Source of the DNA: an uncultured Nitrososphaerota archaeon
GTDB taxonomy: Archaea; Korarchaeota; Korarchaeia; Korarchaeales; Korarchaeaceae
Direction: 5' to 3'
DNA length: 64,000 nucleotides
NCBI GenBank assembly: GCA_964618805.1
Contig: CAZUBM010000004.1
Location: forward strand, 32,001 to 96,000
Positions 8,013-17,502 of this stretch are shown here, piece after piece. Position numbers and translations under genes: made by a program. A model generated the notes under the pieces. It had not been told where the DNA came from. It was given only the letters and a program-made list of their open reading frames with translations, and ran no database searches. Position 1 is the stretch's first letter; each line of letters starts with the position of its first letter.

Positions 8013-9449
8013 ATGAGCTATGTAAGCTCCCTTTACTGTGAGAGGTGTAAGACGTCCTATAGTCCAGAAAAACTTAGAAACAGATGTGAGAAATGTGAAG
8101 GACCATTAAACGTTGGATATGATTTTGATAAGCTTAGAGAAGTCCCAGTTAAGAGAAATTGGGTTTCCAGGGCAGGAGGAATTTGGAAGTACTGGGAGCT
8201 TCTGCCAAGCATTCCAGAGAAGGCCATCTCTCTGGGAGAGGGAAATACAAGGCTGCACAGAGCGAAGAAGATAGGCCCTAAGATTGGTCTTGAGGAACTC
8301 CTCATAAAGGACGAGACCACAAACCCAACAGGATCCTTTTTGGACAGAGGCGCATCCGTTCTTACAACCAAGCTGATTGAGCAAGGCTTTAATGGAGTCC
8401 AGGGGAGTTTTAAGGGAAATCTTGGAGCCTCTTTGGCAGCATACTCAGCTAGAGCAGGTCTCAAATGCATTATAAGGCTTGAAGGAGGTATAGATCTAGC
8501 CAAACTTTACCAGATGATAGCCTATGGCGCTGAAATATTGCTTCCAAACAGCAAATACTCCCTTGAAACCTCTGATTTAATGTACTTAGCAGACAACGCG
8601 GATCCATTCCTCATAGAAGGGCATAAAACGATAGCGTTTGAGATAGTCCAGGCTCTTGGTTGGAGAGAACCTGATTGCATAGTTGTCCCTGTCGGGAGTG
8701 GGGGTTTGATATGGTCCTTGTGGAAAGCTCTTGAGGAGTTGAAGCAAGTTGGGATTATAGATGGCAACAAAACTCGTTTGATTGGGGTCCAATCCTCCGT
8801 ATGCTCCCCAATAGCTGATGAGATAGCTGGAGAACACGAAGAGAAAGCCATAACAAAACCGCATATCGCAAAAGATCTCGTTTTTTATCTTCCAGAGAGG
8901 AGATTCGAGGCTGTAGAAGCCATAAAGAGGAGCAAAGGGTGGGCTTACGTTGTTTCAGAAGAAGACATGTTAATGGCAGCAAGAACTCTCGCTAAGGAGG
9001 AGGGGATCTTTGCAGAGCCTGCAGCTGCATCTACTATCGCATGCGTCCAAATGATGGTTGAGAATGGAAGCCTAGATCCATCTGATCAAGTTGTCTGCGT
9101 TATCACAGGTTCCGGTCTAAAGGATCCAATTGTTGCGATGAAAGAGCTTGAAAGGAACATAGCCTTGGAGAAATTCATAAGGGGAGAAGCTCCTAGCATA
9201 TTTCCGATTGGGAGCACGAAGGAAAAAATCCTTAGGATCCTAAAGGAAAGGCCCTATCACGCCTATGGTATTTGGGCCAGGCTTAAGGAGGAGGGCGTGG
9301 AGATAAGCACATCTGCTGTGTATCAGCACCTCTCGGGCTTGGAGGAAAGGGGATTAATAGCCAAAACTAAGGAGGAATTGGTCTCAGGGAGGATTAGGAT
9401 AATCTATTCGTTAACAGAAAAAGGAAAGGAGTTGGTGGATCTTTTTTGA
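8013..9449 (+). CDS. Threonine synthase-like (fold-type II PLP) protein lacking the catalytic Lys, fused to a C-terminal winged HTH
   Basis: N-terminal Zn ribbon, SLGEGNT, NPTGSFLDRG (K replaced by L), PVGSGG, AEPAAA, ITGSGLKD; C-terminal PadR/ArsR-like wHTH (AVYQHLSGLEERGLI..YSLTEKGK). Confidence 0.85.
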   Translation: MSYVSSLYCERCKTSYSPEKLRNRCEKCEGPLNVGYDFDKLREVPVKRNWVSRAGGIWKYWELLPSIPEKAISLGEGNTRLHRAKKIGPKIGLEELLIKDETTNPTGSFLDRGASVLTTKLIEQGFNGVQGSFKGNLGASLAAYSARAGLKCIIRLEGGIDLAKLYQMIAYGAEILLPNSKYSLETSDLMYLADNADPFLIEGHKTIAFEIVQALGWREPDCIVVPVGSGGLIWSLWKALEELKQVGIIDGNKTRLIGVQSSVCSPIADEIAGEHEEKAITKPHIAKDLVFYLPERRFEAVEAIKRSKGWAYVVSEEDMLMAARTLAKEEGIFAEPAAASTIACVQMMVENGSLDPSDQVVCVITGSGLKDPIVAMKELERNIALEKFIRGEAPSIFPIGSTKEKILRILKERPYHAYGIWARLKEEGVEISTSAVYQHLSGLEERGLIAKTKEELVSGRIRIIYSLTEKGKELVDLF

Positions 9450-9458
9450 GAAGCAGAA

Positions 9459-9830
9459 CTAATTTGAAGGTTTCTCGAGGTCATAGTCGGACCAAGGAAT
9501 TAATGGATTCAGATTTCCGCTCAAATAGGCCCTTATTGCATCTTTAAGCGTCCTACAATCTCCTTCTAAGGCCACAACACCATTCTCTAGCATTAAAGTC
9601 ACGGCAGCATCGTCTAAAGGATTGGCCAGTATTGCATCTGGTTGTAGCTCTAGGAATACTTCTGGTAAGAAGTTTGGGTGCAGGTCTGATGTGTCAACAA
9701 AACCTATCTCCTCTAAAGCACCCGTGCAACCAAATTCTATCACAGCAAGCTGCCTAATCTCCCCTGCTTTTAATGCTATCTCTGAGTGGAAACCCCTTGG
9801 CCTTGATATAGGAACTACTAATCTAACCAA
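9459..9830 (-). CDS. NifB/NifX (dinitrogenase FeMo-cofactor) domain-like protein, degenerate
   Basis: Size and overall pattern (MVRLVVP..G..SEIA..G; PDAILA..; TLKDAIRAYLSGNL) resemble NifX-like family members. Confidence 0.6.
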   Translation of the reverse strand: MVRLVVPISRPRGFHSEIALKAGEIRQLAVIEFGCTGALEEIGFVDTSDLHPNFLPEVFLELQPDAILANPLDDAAVTLMLENGVVALEGDCRTLKDAIRAYLSGNLNPLIPWSDYDLEKPSN

Positions 9831-9878
9831 TGTCGCTCTTCTACCTTCAGTGGTACTGAGAATATAAACCTTCTTAGC

Positions 9879-12650
9879 TTACTCCTCCAACATGATTAGC
9901 TCTTCATCTTTAAGTTCCAATCTCATCTCAGGATGGAGTTTGGCAAATCTGGTTAAAGCAACTATTCTTAATTCCTTAGGTATCGTTGTAAGAAGGGAAG
10001 CAGGTGCTCTACCCCAGAGACTTAACATCATCTTTATCCTGCCCTCTATCTTGTTCCAAGATCCTAGAAGTTCCTCAAGCGAATCTAAATGCCTATCAAG
10101 GGAAATCATGTTCGATTCTAAGCTATCTAAGAGCTGCTTTGCGTAATCATATCTTTTTTCAGAGATTTCAACCCTTATATCATCAAGGAGCCTACGCAGA
10201 GAGTCAACCCTGTTAACAAGACCAGTGAATCCTTCTTCTTCGATTCCCTTCGATCTCTGATGAAGGGAAGCCAATCTCCCGGCTATTTGATTTAACCTTG
10301 CTTCCAGCTCTCTTTGTATCATGGGAACCTCTACTTCTACCCTCGGCACCTCTGGAGCAGGAACGGGAACCTCCTCTACTTTTGCTGGCCTTGGTGTGAT
10401 TATCTCTATTTCTTCTGGCTTTACCTCTTCGACATAGACTGGAGCCAGCTTTTCTTCTTTCTTAGCTCTAGCTGCTTTAAGAACTATTATAAGAGGTATG
10501 CCAGCTATCAGGCCTAGAACAACGAAACGTGAGCCCCATACACCTATGTATGGTTCGAGCAGGTTTGTAATTGGTGCAACAAGATTCCAGAAGCTCTCCA
10601 ATGGACTTATTGGAGCAGGAGTCGGAGCTGGAGTTGGAGATGGGGTTGTTGTTGGGGTCTGGGTTGGAACACCGACTCCTACGGAGATTCCTACAGAAGT
10701 TTCCTCTATGAACTCCTCCTTATGAAATATCTTAATGACTATGTTAGAAGAACCGCTCTCAACAGCCTCTAGATGTAGGAGAACTTCTTTCTCCTCTCCG
10801 GCCTTCAAGGGGCCTACTTCAACAGAGCTTTTGTTTGTGATGTCCGATGAGGCCTCTATTCTGAGGACAACGTTATCAAGCAATCTATTCTTCACTTTAA
10901 CCTTCAAGTTCACCGTATCCCCTTTGTTGACATTAATAGTAGTTGGGGAGACGCTCTCTATCAACTTACCCTTAACACAAGTCGCATGAAGCTCAGCTTC
11001 TCCTACCTCAGTTTCGTTTAATTTTGCAATTATCTTGAAGCTTAGATCTCCAGGAGCTGTAGGAATGGTTTGAATCGAGAAGGGCTTTTCAACTCCAGCA
11101 TCGACCCATCCTAAGGGAACAGCTTTATTCATAATGCCCTCTCCAACTAATACAAGTTCTAGCTGCCCGCTAGCATTAACTAGCACATTTCCCGATATTT
11201 CAGCGGTTTCACCTACCGTTAGCTTCCCTAACTCAGGGATCTTGAACGTAGCAAAGCCTACGACCTTTGTAGGTGCTACTCCTGCTTCCTCATAGGGAAG
11301 CTCGATTCTGTGGAACCAAGATATGTTTCCATTTTCCGTCAGAACCTTAAGTTCTACGTACGAGAAGGGTTTTGAGAGCCTGAAGCTAAAACTAGTCTTC
11401 CTAGTTCTAAGCAACGGAGTCAATGAAGGCATCATCTCGAGCCATAGAAGATCACCCTCTGGCGATCTTACTTCTATCGTCGGGACAATCGTATCGTTAG
11501 AGTAGAGTGAAGCAACTCCTTCAATAAATACCGTTAGGTTCTCTAGTGCCTCAAGCTTTTGAACAACAAAGGCAGCCCTTGGCAACTTTATGCTCATGAG
11601 GGAGCCGTTTAAATCGAGGAATATCATGCTCCACCGCTCAGGATCCAGCCTTAACCTGAAAACAGGCTTGAACTCCTCATATTCAGGAATGTATACTTTC
11701 TTGCCGACGTTTAAATCGTATATGAAGATACCTTCATTTCTACTCCAGAAGACAAGCGCCTTCCCAGCAATTATTGGCTGGTCAAAAGCGTTCTTTGCTA
11801 ACCTCAGGAATCCCTTGATTTTCCTCTCATTTACATCTATTATGTTAAGGAGACCTCCAGTAGACATGACATAGGCCTTGCTCCCTAACCAAGGGATTTC
11901 ACCGGCAACTACATTTCCTCCCTTTAACTTTACAGATTCTGGAAGAACTTCGCCCGTTGCTGGATCAACGAAGTAAATGTTCGATTCTACACCTGAAAGA
12001 AGGTAATCACCACAGAGTCCTAGAGCCACGACTTCTGGGGTGAATTCTTGATCCCAGATTACCTCACCGCTCTCGGCTCTTAGCGCCATGAGATGCTTTT
12101 CACATCCTACATAAGCAACATTATCATATGCCGTAAGAACCTCTATCGAACCAGGAAGCTCTACGGTCCAGGCCTCTTCTCCTGTGTTCTTGTCAAATGC
12201 TGAAAGTATTCCTCCCTCAATAGGAACCAAAATCAAGTCTCCTACTGAAAGAAGTCGGGAATTGTAGCTTCTATCAGTATCTCCGGCTAATTTCGTGTAG
12301 TATGCTCTTCTGCCTGTCATTAGATCAAAGGCCATGAAGAAGTTAGTAGCTCTCTCACCAGTCGCAACGTAAACCCTTCGCCAATCAACCCATACATCCG
12401 GAATTGCAACTCCTCCTAGAGGTGTTTCCCAAAGAAGTTCCCCACTCTTTGCATCTACGGCAGCTAGTATAGTCCCAGCCCTCCTTATGGTAATTATCTT
12501 GTCTCCAGCAACAAAAGGAGAGGATCTTTTGATTCTTGGAGCTAGATTGCCCACCTCTATCGGCTCTAGGGCATAATAGTAAGGTTGAGCTTGGATCCAT
12601 ATCGATGATAAGAAGATAAGCATTAAGAGGATAAGTAGAGAGCGCTTCAT
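9879..12650 (-). CDS. Large single-pass membrane protein: signal peptide, PQQ/BamB-like beta-propeller, Ig/CARDB-like domains, Pro/Thr linker, TM helix, cytoplasmic coiled coil
   Basis: Repeats AVDAKSGELLW, AFDKNTGEEAW, ALRAESGEVIW; PTQTPTTTPSPTPAPTPAP linker; TM FVVLGLIAGIPLIIVL followed by KAARAKK. Confidence 0.8.
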   Translation of the reverse strand: MKRSLLILLMLIFLSSIWIQAQPYYYALEPIEVGNLAPRIKRSSPFVAGDKIITIRRAGTILAAVDAKSGELLWETPLGGVAIPDVWVDWRRVYVATGERATNFFMAFDLMTGRRAYYTKLAGDTDRSYNSRLLSVGDLILVPIEGGILSAFDKNTGEEAWTVELPGSIEVLTAYDNVAYVGCEKHLMALRAESGEVIWDQEFTPEVVALGLCGDYLLSGVESNIYFVDPATGEVLPESVKLKGGNVVAGEIPWLGSKAYVMSTGGLLNIIDVNERKIKGFLRLAKNAFDQPIIAGKALVFWSRNEGIFIYDLNVGKKVYIPEYEEFKPVFRLRLDPERWSMIFLDLNGSLMSIKLPRAAFVVQKLEALENLTVFIEGVASLYSNDTIVPTIEVRSPEGDLLWLEMMPSLTPLLRTRKTSFSFRLSKPFSYVELKVLTENGNISWFHRIELPYEEAGVAPTKVVGFATFKIPELGKLTVGETAEISGNVLVNASGQLELVLVGEGIMNKAVPLGWVDAGVEKPFSIQTIPTAPGDLSFKIIAKLNETEVGEAELHATCVKGKLIESVSPTTINVNKGDTVNLKVKVKNRLLDNVVLRIEASSDITNKSSVEVGPLKAGEEKEVLLHLEAVESGSSNIVIKIFHKEEFIEETSVGISVGVGVPTQTPTTTPSPTPAPTPAPISPLESFWNLVAPITNLLEPYIGVWGSRFVVLGLIAGIPLIIVLKAARAKKEEKLAPVYVEEVKPEEIEIITPRPAKVEEVPVPAPEVPRVEVEVPMIQRELEARLNQIAGRLASLHQRSKGIEEEGFTGLVNRVDSLRRLLDDIRVEISEKRYDYAKQLLDSLESNMISLDRHLDSLEELLGSWNKIEGRIKMMLSLWGRAPASLLTTIPKELRIVALTRFAKLHPEMRLELKDEELIMLEE

Positions 12651-12707
12651 GTCGAATCAAGAGACCCTAACGATATTAAAAAATACTCAGGTTAAGAGCA
12701 AAAATGG

Positions 12708-14804
12708 ATGGTAAACATCACTAAGGTCCTGAACTCTTTCATCTCTTGGATGGAACTGAGGGGCTATAGGCCTGGGACCATAAGGCAATACTCTTATGAC
12801 GCTAAAAGGTTCTTGCTATGGCTAAAGAAGGATCCAACAAAAGTTGATGAACAAGAAATCTCAGAATATCTGCTTAAGATAAAATCTGAGAGGAGCCTTA
12901 GCAATAGCACAATGCTGAGAAGGATAGCCTCTCTAAGGACATTCTACGAGTTTTTAGTAGATCAAGGCATGATGCAGACTAATCCTGTAACGATAAGGAG
13001 GCCGAGAGTTAGAAGGAAGCTACCAAACATCCTTTCAAGGGAGGAGGTAGAAAGGCTTATCTTAGCTGGGAGAAATGAGAGAGATAGGCTTCTTCTCAGG
13101 CTTTTATATGCTACTGGAGCTAGAGTAAGCGAGATATCATCCTTAAAATGGGAAGATGTTAATGTAAAGGAGAAAACCGCTATTATAAGGGGAGGAAAAG
13201 GAGGAAAAGACAGGATTGTTCTTTTTGACGATGTAACAGCAAGAGAACTCGCGAAGTATAAGAGCAAACACGGAGGTCAGGGCAGGATATTTCCTCTTTC
13301 TCCAAGGACCATCCAAAGGATTGTTAAAATGGCAGCTGCCAGAGCAGGACTGCACAAAGAAGTTCATCCCCACACCTTGCGTCACTGCCTTCATCCAGAA
13401 ACTAGAGTACTCACTTCAAATGGATTTCTACCGGCTAAATTATTGTTCTTCTTTAATCATGAGGTTCTTACAATTGATCCTTCTGATCACTCCTGGAAGG
13501 CATGCAAAGTTTCTCAAAAATTACATCACATCGCCGATAGACTTCTTTCGATTTGGGCAGGAGGAAGAGAGCTTATATGCACACCTGAGCACACGGTTTT
13601 TGTCCTTAGGAAAGGAAGGATCGTAGAAATTCAAGCTGGCGAGTTAAGCGTAGGTGATTACATTGCTGGAGTGGGGAGAATACCATTTAATACTGGCAGA
13701 CGGTATCTGGATGCAGATCTCTGGCAATTAATTGGATATTATGTAGGAGATGGAGCCTTATGTGAAGAACGCAGAGTAGTTAGGCTTTGCGATAAACAGA
13801 AGGAAATCGCAGAGCATTACAAGAAGATTGCTGAGAACTATGGTTTTAACTCATCTATCAAGAAGATTGGAAATAGCTACGAGGTACACATCCATAGTGT
13901 CACATTTATGGAGTTGCTCAAAACGTTGCTACTTGATAAGGTCTCTTCTCAAAGAAGGGTACCTGTTAAGCTATTTGAAGCAACGGAAGAAGAGAAGTGG
14001 GCGTTTATCTCTGGATTCTTGGATGCTGAGGGCTGGCAGAGGAAAGATGGCGTAATAGCCTTTGCTAACAGCAACAAAGAACTTCTGAAGGACATACAAA
14101 TGTTGCTGTTGAGTACAGGAGTGCATGCAAATTTGGAAAAGAGGATAAGAAAAGTTAAGCTGCCAGGTGGGAAAATCATTGAGAACAATAAAATCTATTA
14201 CCTCTTGATTTGCAGAGGGGAGGATATAAACAAATTCGTTGAGAATTCGAGATCTATTAAGGATCTTTTCAAAATAAGGAGGTTAAGAGTTCTTTCTCAG
14301 AAGAACCAAGTAATTCCAGTTCACGACCTACTGAAAGACATTTACAGGAGAAGGAAAGAGGAAGGAAAGCCTGTAGGTACGCTCTGGAGATATAGTAAGA
14401 TTCCTCCCTCGAGAGATAAGTTAAGAGAGCTTCTGAAAATGCTAGAAGACGAGCCTGAATACGAGTTGTTGAAGAAATTATGTGAGCAGGATGTGGTGTG
14501 GCTAAAGGTTAACAATATTGAGAGGAGCGGTGGATATTCCGAATACTTGAAAAATAAGGAGGTCAAGATCACGAGATTTACAGTTTACGACTTCGAGGTG
14601 GATCAAACTAACACATTGGTGACAGATGGTATATTAAGCCATAATTCGATGGCAACCCACCTTCTCGAGAGTGGGGCAGACCTGAGGGCAATCCAGGAAC
14701 TCTTAGGTCACGCTTCACTAAGCACAACTCAGATATACACCCACGTTTCCAGGGAACATTTGAAAAGGGAGTATAAGAAGTTATGGGAGAATAAGAAAGG
14801 ATAA
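12708..14804 (+). CDS. xerA: XerA-type tyrosine recombinase, intein-containing (about 278 aa after splicing)
   Basis: N-terminal core-binding domain; [25 protein letters not shown]|[33 protein letters not shown]. Confidence 0.92.
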   Translation: MVNITKVLNSFISWMELRGYRPGTIRQYSYDAKRFLLWLKKDPTKVDEQEISEYLLKIKSERSLSNSTMLRRIASLRTFYEFLVDQGMMQTNPVTIRRPRVRRKLPNILSREEVERLILAGRNERDRLLLRLLYATGARVSEISSLKWEDVNVKEKTAIIRGGKGGKDRIVLFDDVTARELAKYKSKHGGQGRIFPLSPRTIQRIVKMAAARAGLHKEVHPHTLRHCLHPETRVLTSNGFLPAKLLFFFNHEVLTIDPSDHSWKACKVSQKLHHIADRLLSIWAGGRELICTPEHTVFVLRKGRIVEIQAGELSVGDYIAGVGRIPFNTGRRYLDADLWQLIGYYVGDGALCEERRVVRLCDKQKEIAEHYKKIAENYGFNSSIKKIGNSYEVHIHSVTFMELLKTLLLDKVSSQRRVPVKLFEATEEEKWAFISGFLDAEGWQRKDGVIAFANSNKELLKDIQMLLLSTGVHANLEKRIRKVKLPGGKIIENNKIYYLLICRGEDINKFVENSRSIKDLFKIRRLRVLSQKNQVIPVHDLLKDIYRRRKEEGKPVGTLWRYSKIPPSRDKLRELLKMLEDEPEYELLKKLCEQDVVWLKVNNIERSGGYSEYLKNKEVKITRFTVYDFEVDQTNTLVTDGILSHNSMATHLLESGADLRAIQELLGHASLSTTQIYTHVSREHLKREYKKLWENKKG
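13386..14645 (+). mobile_element. Intein (420 aa) with LAGLIDADG homing endonuclease inside XerA
   Basis: HTLRH|CLHPETRV...[10 protein letters not shown]...LIGYYVGDG...[10 protein letters not shown]...VYDFEV...GILSHN|SMATH. Confidence 0.96.
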
Positions 14805-14814
14805 AGAAGGAACA

Positions 14815-15759
14815 TCACTCTACCCTAACTCTTTTCCTCTCAACACCAGCTTCTAACATCCCTCCTTTCGCAAATCCATACCATAAACCAACCCCGCTAT
14901 GAGCGTAGCCGATTCTTCCATCCTTATCTATGGCTATGAAACCAAGTGGGGTCTTTGTCTTCTTCCACAACCTTACAAGGACTTCTTCCACGGCCTTTTG
15001 GGGATGAAATCCTTCTGATATCAGATCAACAACTTCTTTTGCACCTAAGACCTTCATGGCAGCCTCTCCTAACCCAGTACCGGAGCAAGCTCCAGCCCTA
15101 TTTGCATAAGTACCTGCGCCAATTATTGCGCTGTCTCCAACCCTCCCTGGAAGCTTCATCATGATCCCACCCGTAGATGTTGCTGCTGCAAGATGCCCTT
15201 TTTCGTCGACAGCTACAGCCCCAACAGTATCAGCTATGTAGCTCTTTATGAGTTGTGCAGAAGGTAAATAAGATGGAAAGCCTTTTTTCCCAACTCCTTT
15301 CATGTAAGCTTCGTATAGCTCTTTCCTACTTTCACAAATTAGATTTTCATCAGTTCTCATCCCTATTATCGATGCGAATTTCCTTGCCCCCTCTCCTACC
15401 AGCAATATATGTGGAGTTTCCTCCATTATAGCTCTAGCTAGAGTAATAGCGTGTTTGACTCCTTTTACTCCACCAACAGCTCCTGCTCGGAGCGATGTAC
15501 CGTCCATGATCGAGGCATCTAGCTCAACCTCTCCAAGTATGTTGAGAGAGGAGCCATATCCGGCGTTGAATAAAGGGCTATCCTCCATGTATCTAACAGA
15601 GGCTTCAACCGCATCTAAAGCTGATCCTCCATCCAAAAGCTTATCATAACCCCTTCTAACAGCCTCTCTGAGCTCATTTACTCTCTTAGGATCTTCTCGT
15701 AGCTTACCATAGATCCTAACTCCACCATGGATAACTATAGCTTTCATTAATCCAATCAC
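14815..15759 (-). CDS. Isoaspartyl peptidase/L-asparaginase (Ntn hydrolase)
   Basis: IVIHGG, FNAGYGS, ELDASIMDG, D|TVGAVA, ATSTGG, PGRVGDS. Confidence 0.92.
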   Translation of the reverse strand: MIGLMKAIVIHGGVRIYGKLREDPKRVNELREAVRRGYDKLLDGGSALDAVEASVRYMEDSPLFNAGYGSSLNILGEVELDASIMDGTSLRAGAVGGVKGVKHAITLARAIMEETPHILLVGEGARKFASIIGMRTDENLICESRKELYEAYMKGVGKKGFPSYLPSAQLIKSYIADTVGAVAVDEKGHLAAATSTGGIMMKLPGRVGDSAIIGAGTYANRAGACSGTGLGEAAMKVLGAKEVVDLISEGFHPQKAVEEVLVRLWKKTKTPLGFIAIDKDGRIGYAHSGVGLWYGFAKGGMLEAGVERKRVRVE

Positions 15760-17498
15760 TCATGGGAAAATATTAAGGAAAGTGTCCCCTCCTTGGCGGA
15801 ATCTACTCTCGCAAACCCGTATCTTACAAGTTGCACTATATCTCCAACCCTTAGCTCCCTCATATCTGGCTCTCCGTATCCGCCAACGACTTCATAGCTG
15901 TAAATGCTCAATGGACGGAAGAGTTTGACTGGCACAAATCCGGTGGCGGGGACCCAATGGATTATCCTAACGTCAGTCTTCGTGCTTGGTACGTACCTTG
16001 CCGTAACCTCATCTGCCAATATGCTTCTAATTCTAACATTTGTAAGCCTCCACAGCCTTACTTCTTCTTCCTCCTTTAGCTGTTTCAAGTCTTCTTGGGA
16101 GATGTAGAGTTCAATCCTTCCATCACTGCTCTTTAATGAGATCTTCCTAACTCCTGCCTCCGGTTTGGAAGGATTGACAGGGATATCGGCTTCTAATTCA
16201 TCAGGAACTTCCATCAGTACCATTTTAATTGGATTTGGAACGAACATGAATCTAGGAGCTATTGGATCTAGTATCCTCCTATTTTCAGCAAAAATTGCAT
16301 TCATGCTTATGGTGACGTCGACCTTGCTCGGTCCTAAGTTGTAAAAGAACCTGACCAGAGCCCTTGGATCAATCCCCCTTTTTAGTATGCCCCTTATAGT
16401 TGGCAGTCTTGGATCATCCCAACCGCTAAGTATCCCAGAGGCGATCAGAGGCCTGAAATACCTCTTTGAGAGGGGTATTCCTTCTACAGTAACCCTTCCA
16501 AACTGGATCATTTCGTACTGCCTCAGCCCAAGCATCCTGAGTATGGTCCTCTGAACCTCGACATGAGGCTCAAATTCTTTGCTTCTATGGGCATGGGTAA
16601 CACCAGTTAGGGCATCTTCAACGCTTACTGAGAAATCATAGGTTGGGTAGACCCTGAACCTATATCCATGAATTGGATGCGGGTGCTCTACGATCCTGAA
16701 AATCCCAGGATCCCTCATTGTTCTGTTTGGATGCCTCATATCAGTTTTAAGCCTAAGATGAGCTTCTCCCTCCTTAAAGCTTCCATTCAGCATCATTTCC
16801 CACAGTTCCAAGTTCTTTTCTGGGGCCTGCTTTCTGTGCTCACATTCTATTCCCAAATTCCTGTTCTTCCTCACGACAGGGGCAGGACATGTGCACACGT
16901 AAGCATTTCCGTCCTCAATGAGCTTTTTGGCAAACTCATACATCTTTGGAATGTCATTAGACTCTATTACCTCTTGATCCCACTTTCCTGGTGCTAAACC
17001 GAGTTCTTCTTCAGCTGCCTCTAAAATTATCCCTAGTTCCTGCCTTATAGCATCATAATACTCCAATTTCTCCACTCTGGGGTTTGTGTCCTCAAACCTA
17101 AGGAAAAATTTGCCCTTGTAGAGCCTAGCATAAATGAACGGAACTAGAAGTCCTTTCACATGCCCTAAAGTAGGATAGCCGTTGGGCTCTGGTGCCATCC
17201 TAGTTACAATGACTTCATAAGCTTCAGCATTTGGGAGAGGAGGCCATTTTCTCTCTTCTTCCTTCTTTTCCTCTAAAACAACACCTAATTCTAGAGAAAG
17301 TTCCTCTAATGATCCTCTATCCAGCTTGTTGACCTCTTCAACCACTTTCTTTACATCTTCTATCAGCTGCTTAACACGATTTCTGAGCTCTGGCCTTTCT
17401 GCAATTACTTTGGAGATAACAGGCCCCACTTTTGCCTTACCATACTTCAGAGCATTTTTTACTGCATGATGCCTTATCAGCCTTATCAAATCATCCAA
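15756..17498 (-). CDS. gltX: Glutamate--tRNA ligase (archaeal type)
   Basis: TRMAPEPNGYPTLGH, LRFEDTNP, YPTYDF, LSKR, GWDDPRLPT, QLVRYGFARVD. Confidence 0.95.
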   Translation of the reverse strand: MDDLIRLIRHHAVKNALKYGKAKVGPVISKVIAERPELRNRVKQLIEDVKKVVEEVNKLDRGSLEELSLELGVVLEEKKEEERKWPPLPNAEAYEVIVTRMAPEPNGYPTLGHVKGLLVPFIYARLYKGKFFLRFEDTNPRVEKLEYYDAIRQELGIILEAAEEELGLAPGKWDQEVIESNDIPKMYEFAKKLIEDGNAYVCTCPAPVVRKNRNLGIECEHRKQAPEKNLELWEMMLNGSFKEGEAHLRLKTDMRHPNRTMRDPGIFRIVEHPHPIHGYRFRVYPTYDFSVSVEDALTGVTHAHRSKEFEPHVEVQRTILRMLGLRQYEMIQFGRVTVEGIPLSKRYFRPLIASGILSGWDDPRLPTIRGILKRGIDPRALVRFFYNLGPSKVDVTISMNAIFAENRRILDPIAPRFMFVPNPIKMVLMEVPDELEADIPVNPSKPEAGVRKISLKSSDGRIELYISQEDLKQLKEEEEVRLWRLTNVRIRSILADEVTARYVPSTKTDVRIIHWVPATGFVPVKLFRPLSIYSYEVVGGYGEPDMRELRVGDIVQLVRYGFARVDSAKEGTLSLIFSHE

Positions 17499-17502
17499 CT
17501 TC

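Noticed and set aside
10610-10680. Tandem DNA repeat
   Set aside because: Low-complexity codons of a Pro/Thr/Ala linker inside the beta-propeller protein gene.
12708-14804. Integrase of a provirus or integrated element
   Set aside because: The extra length is fully explained by an intein, the extein looks like chromosomal XerA, the neighbours are cellular genes, and no att repeats or viral genes were seen.
17155-17200. GluRS HIGH motif reading TLGH as a sign of inactivation
   Set aside because: HIGH-motif variants are common in archaeal GluRS, and all other motifs are intact.
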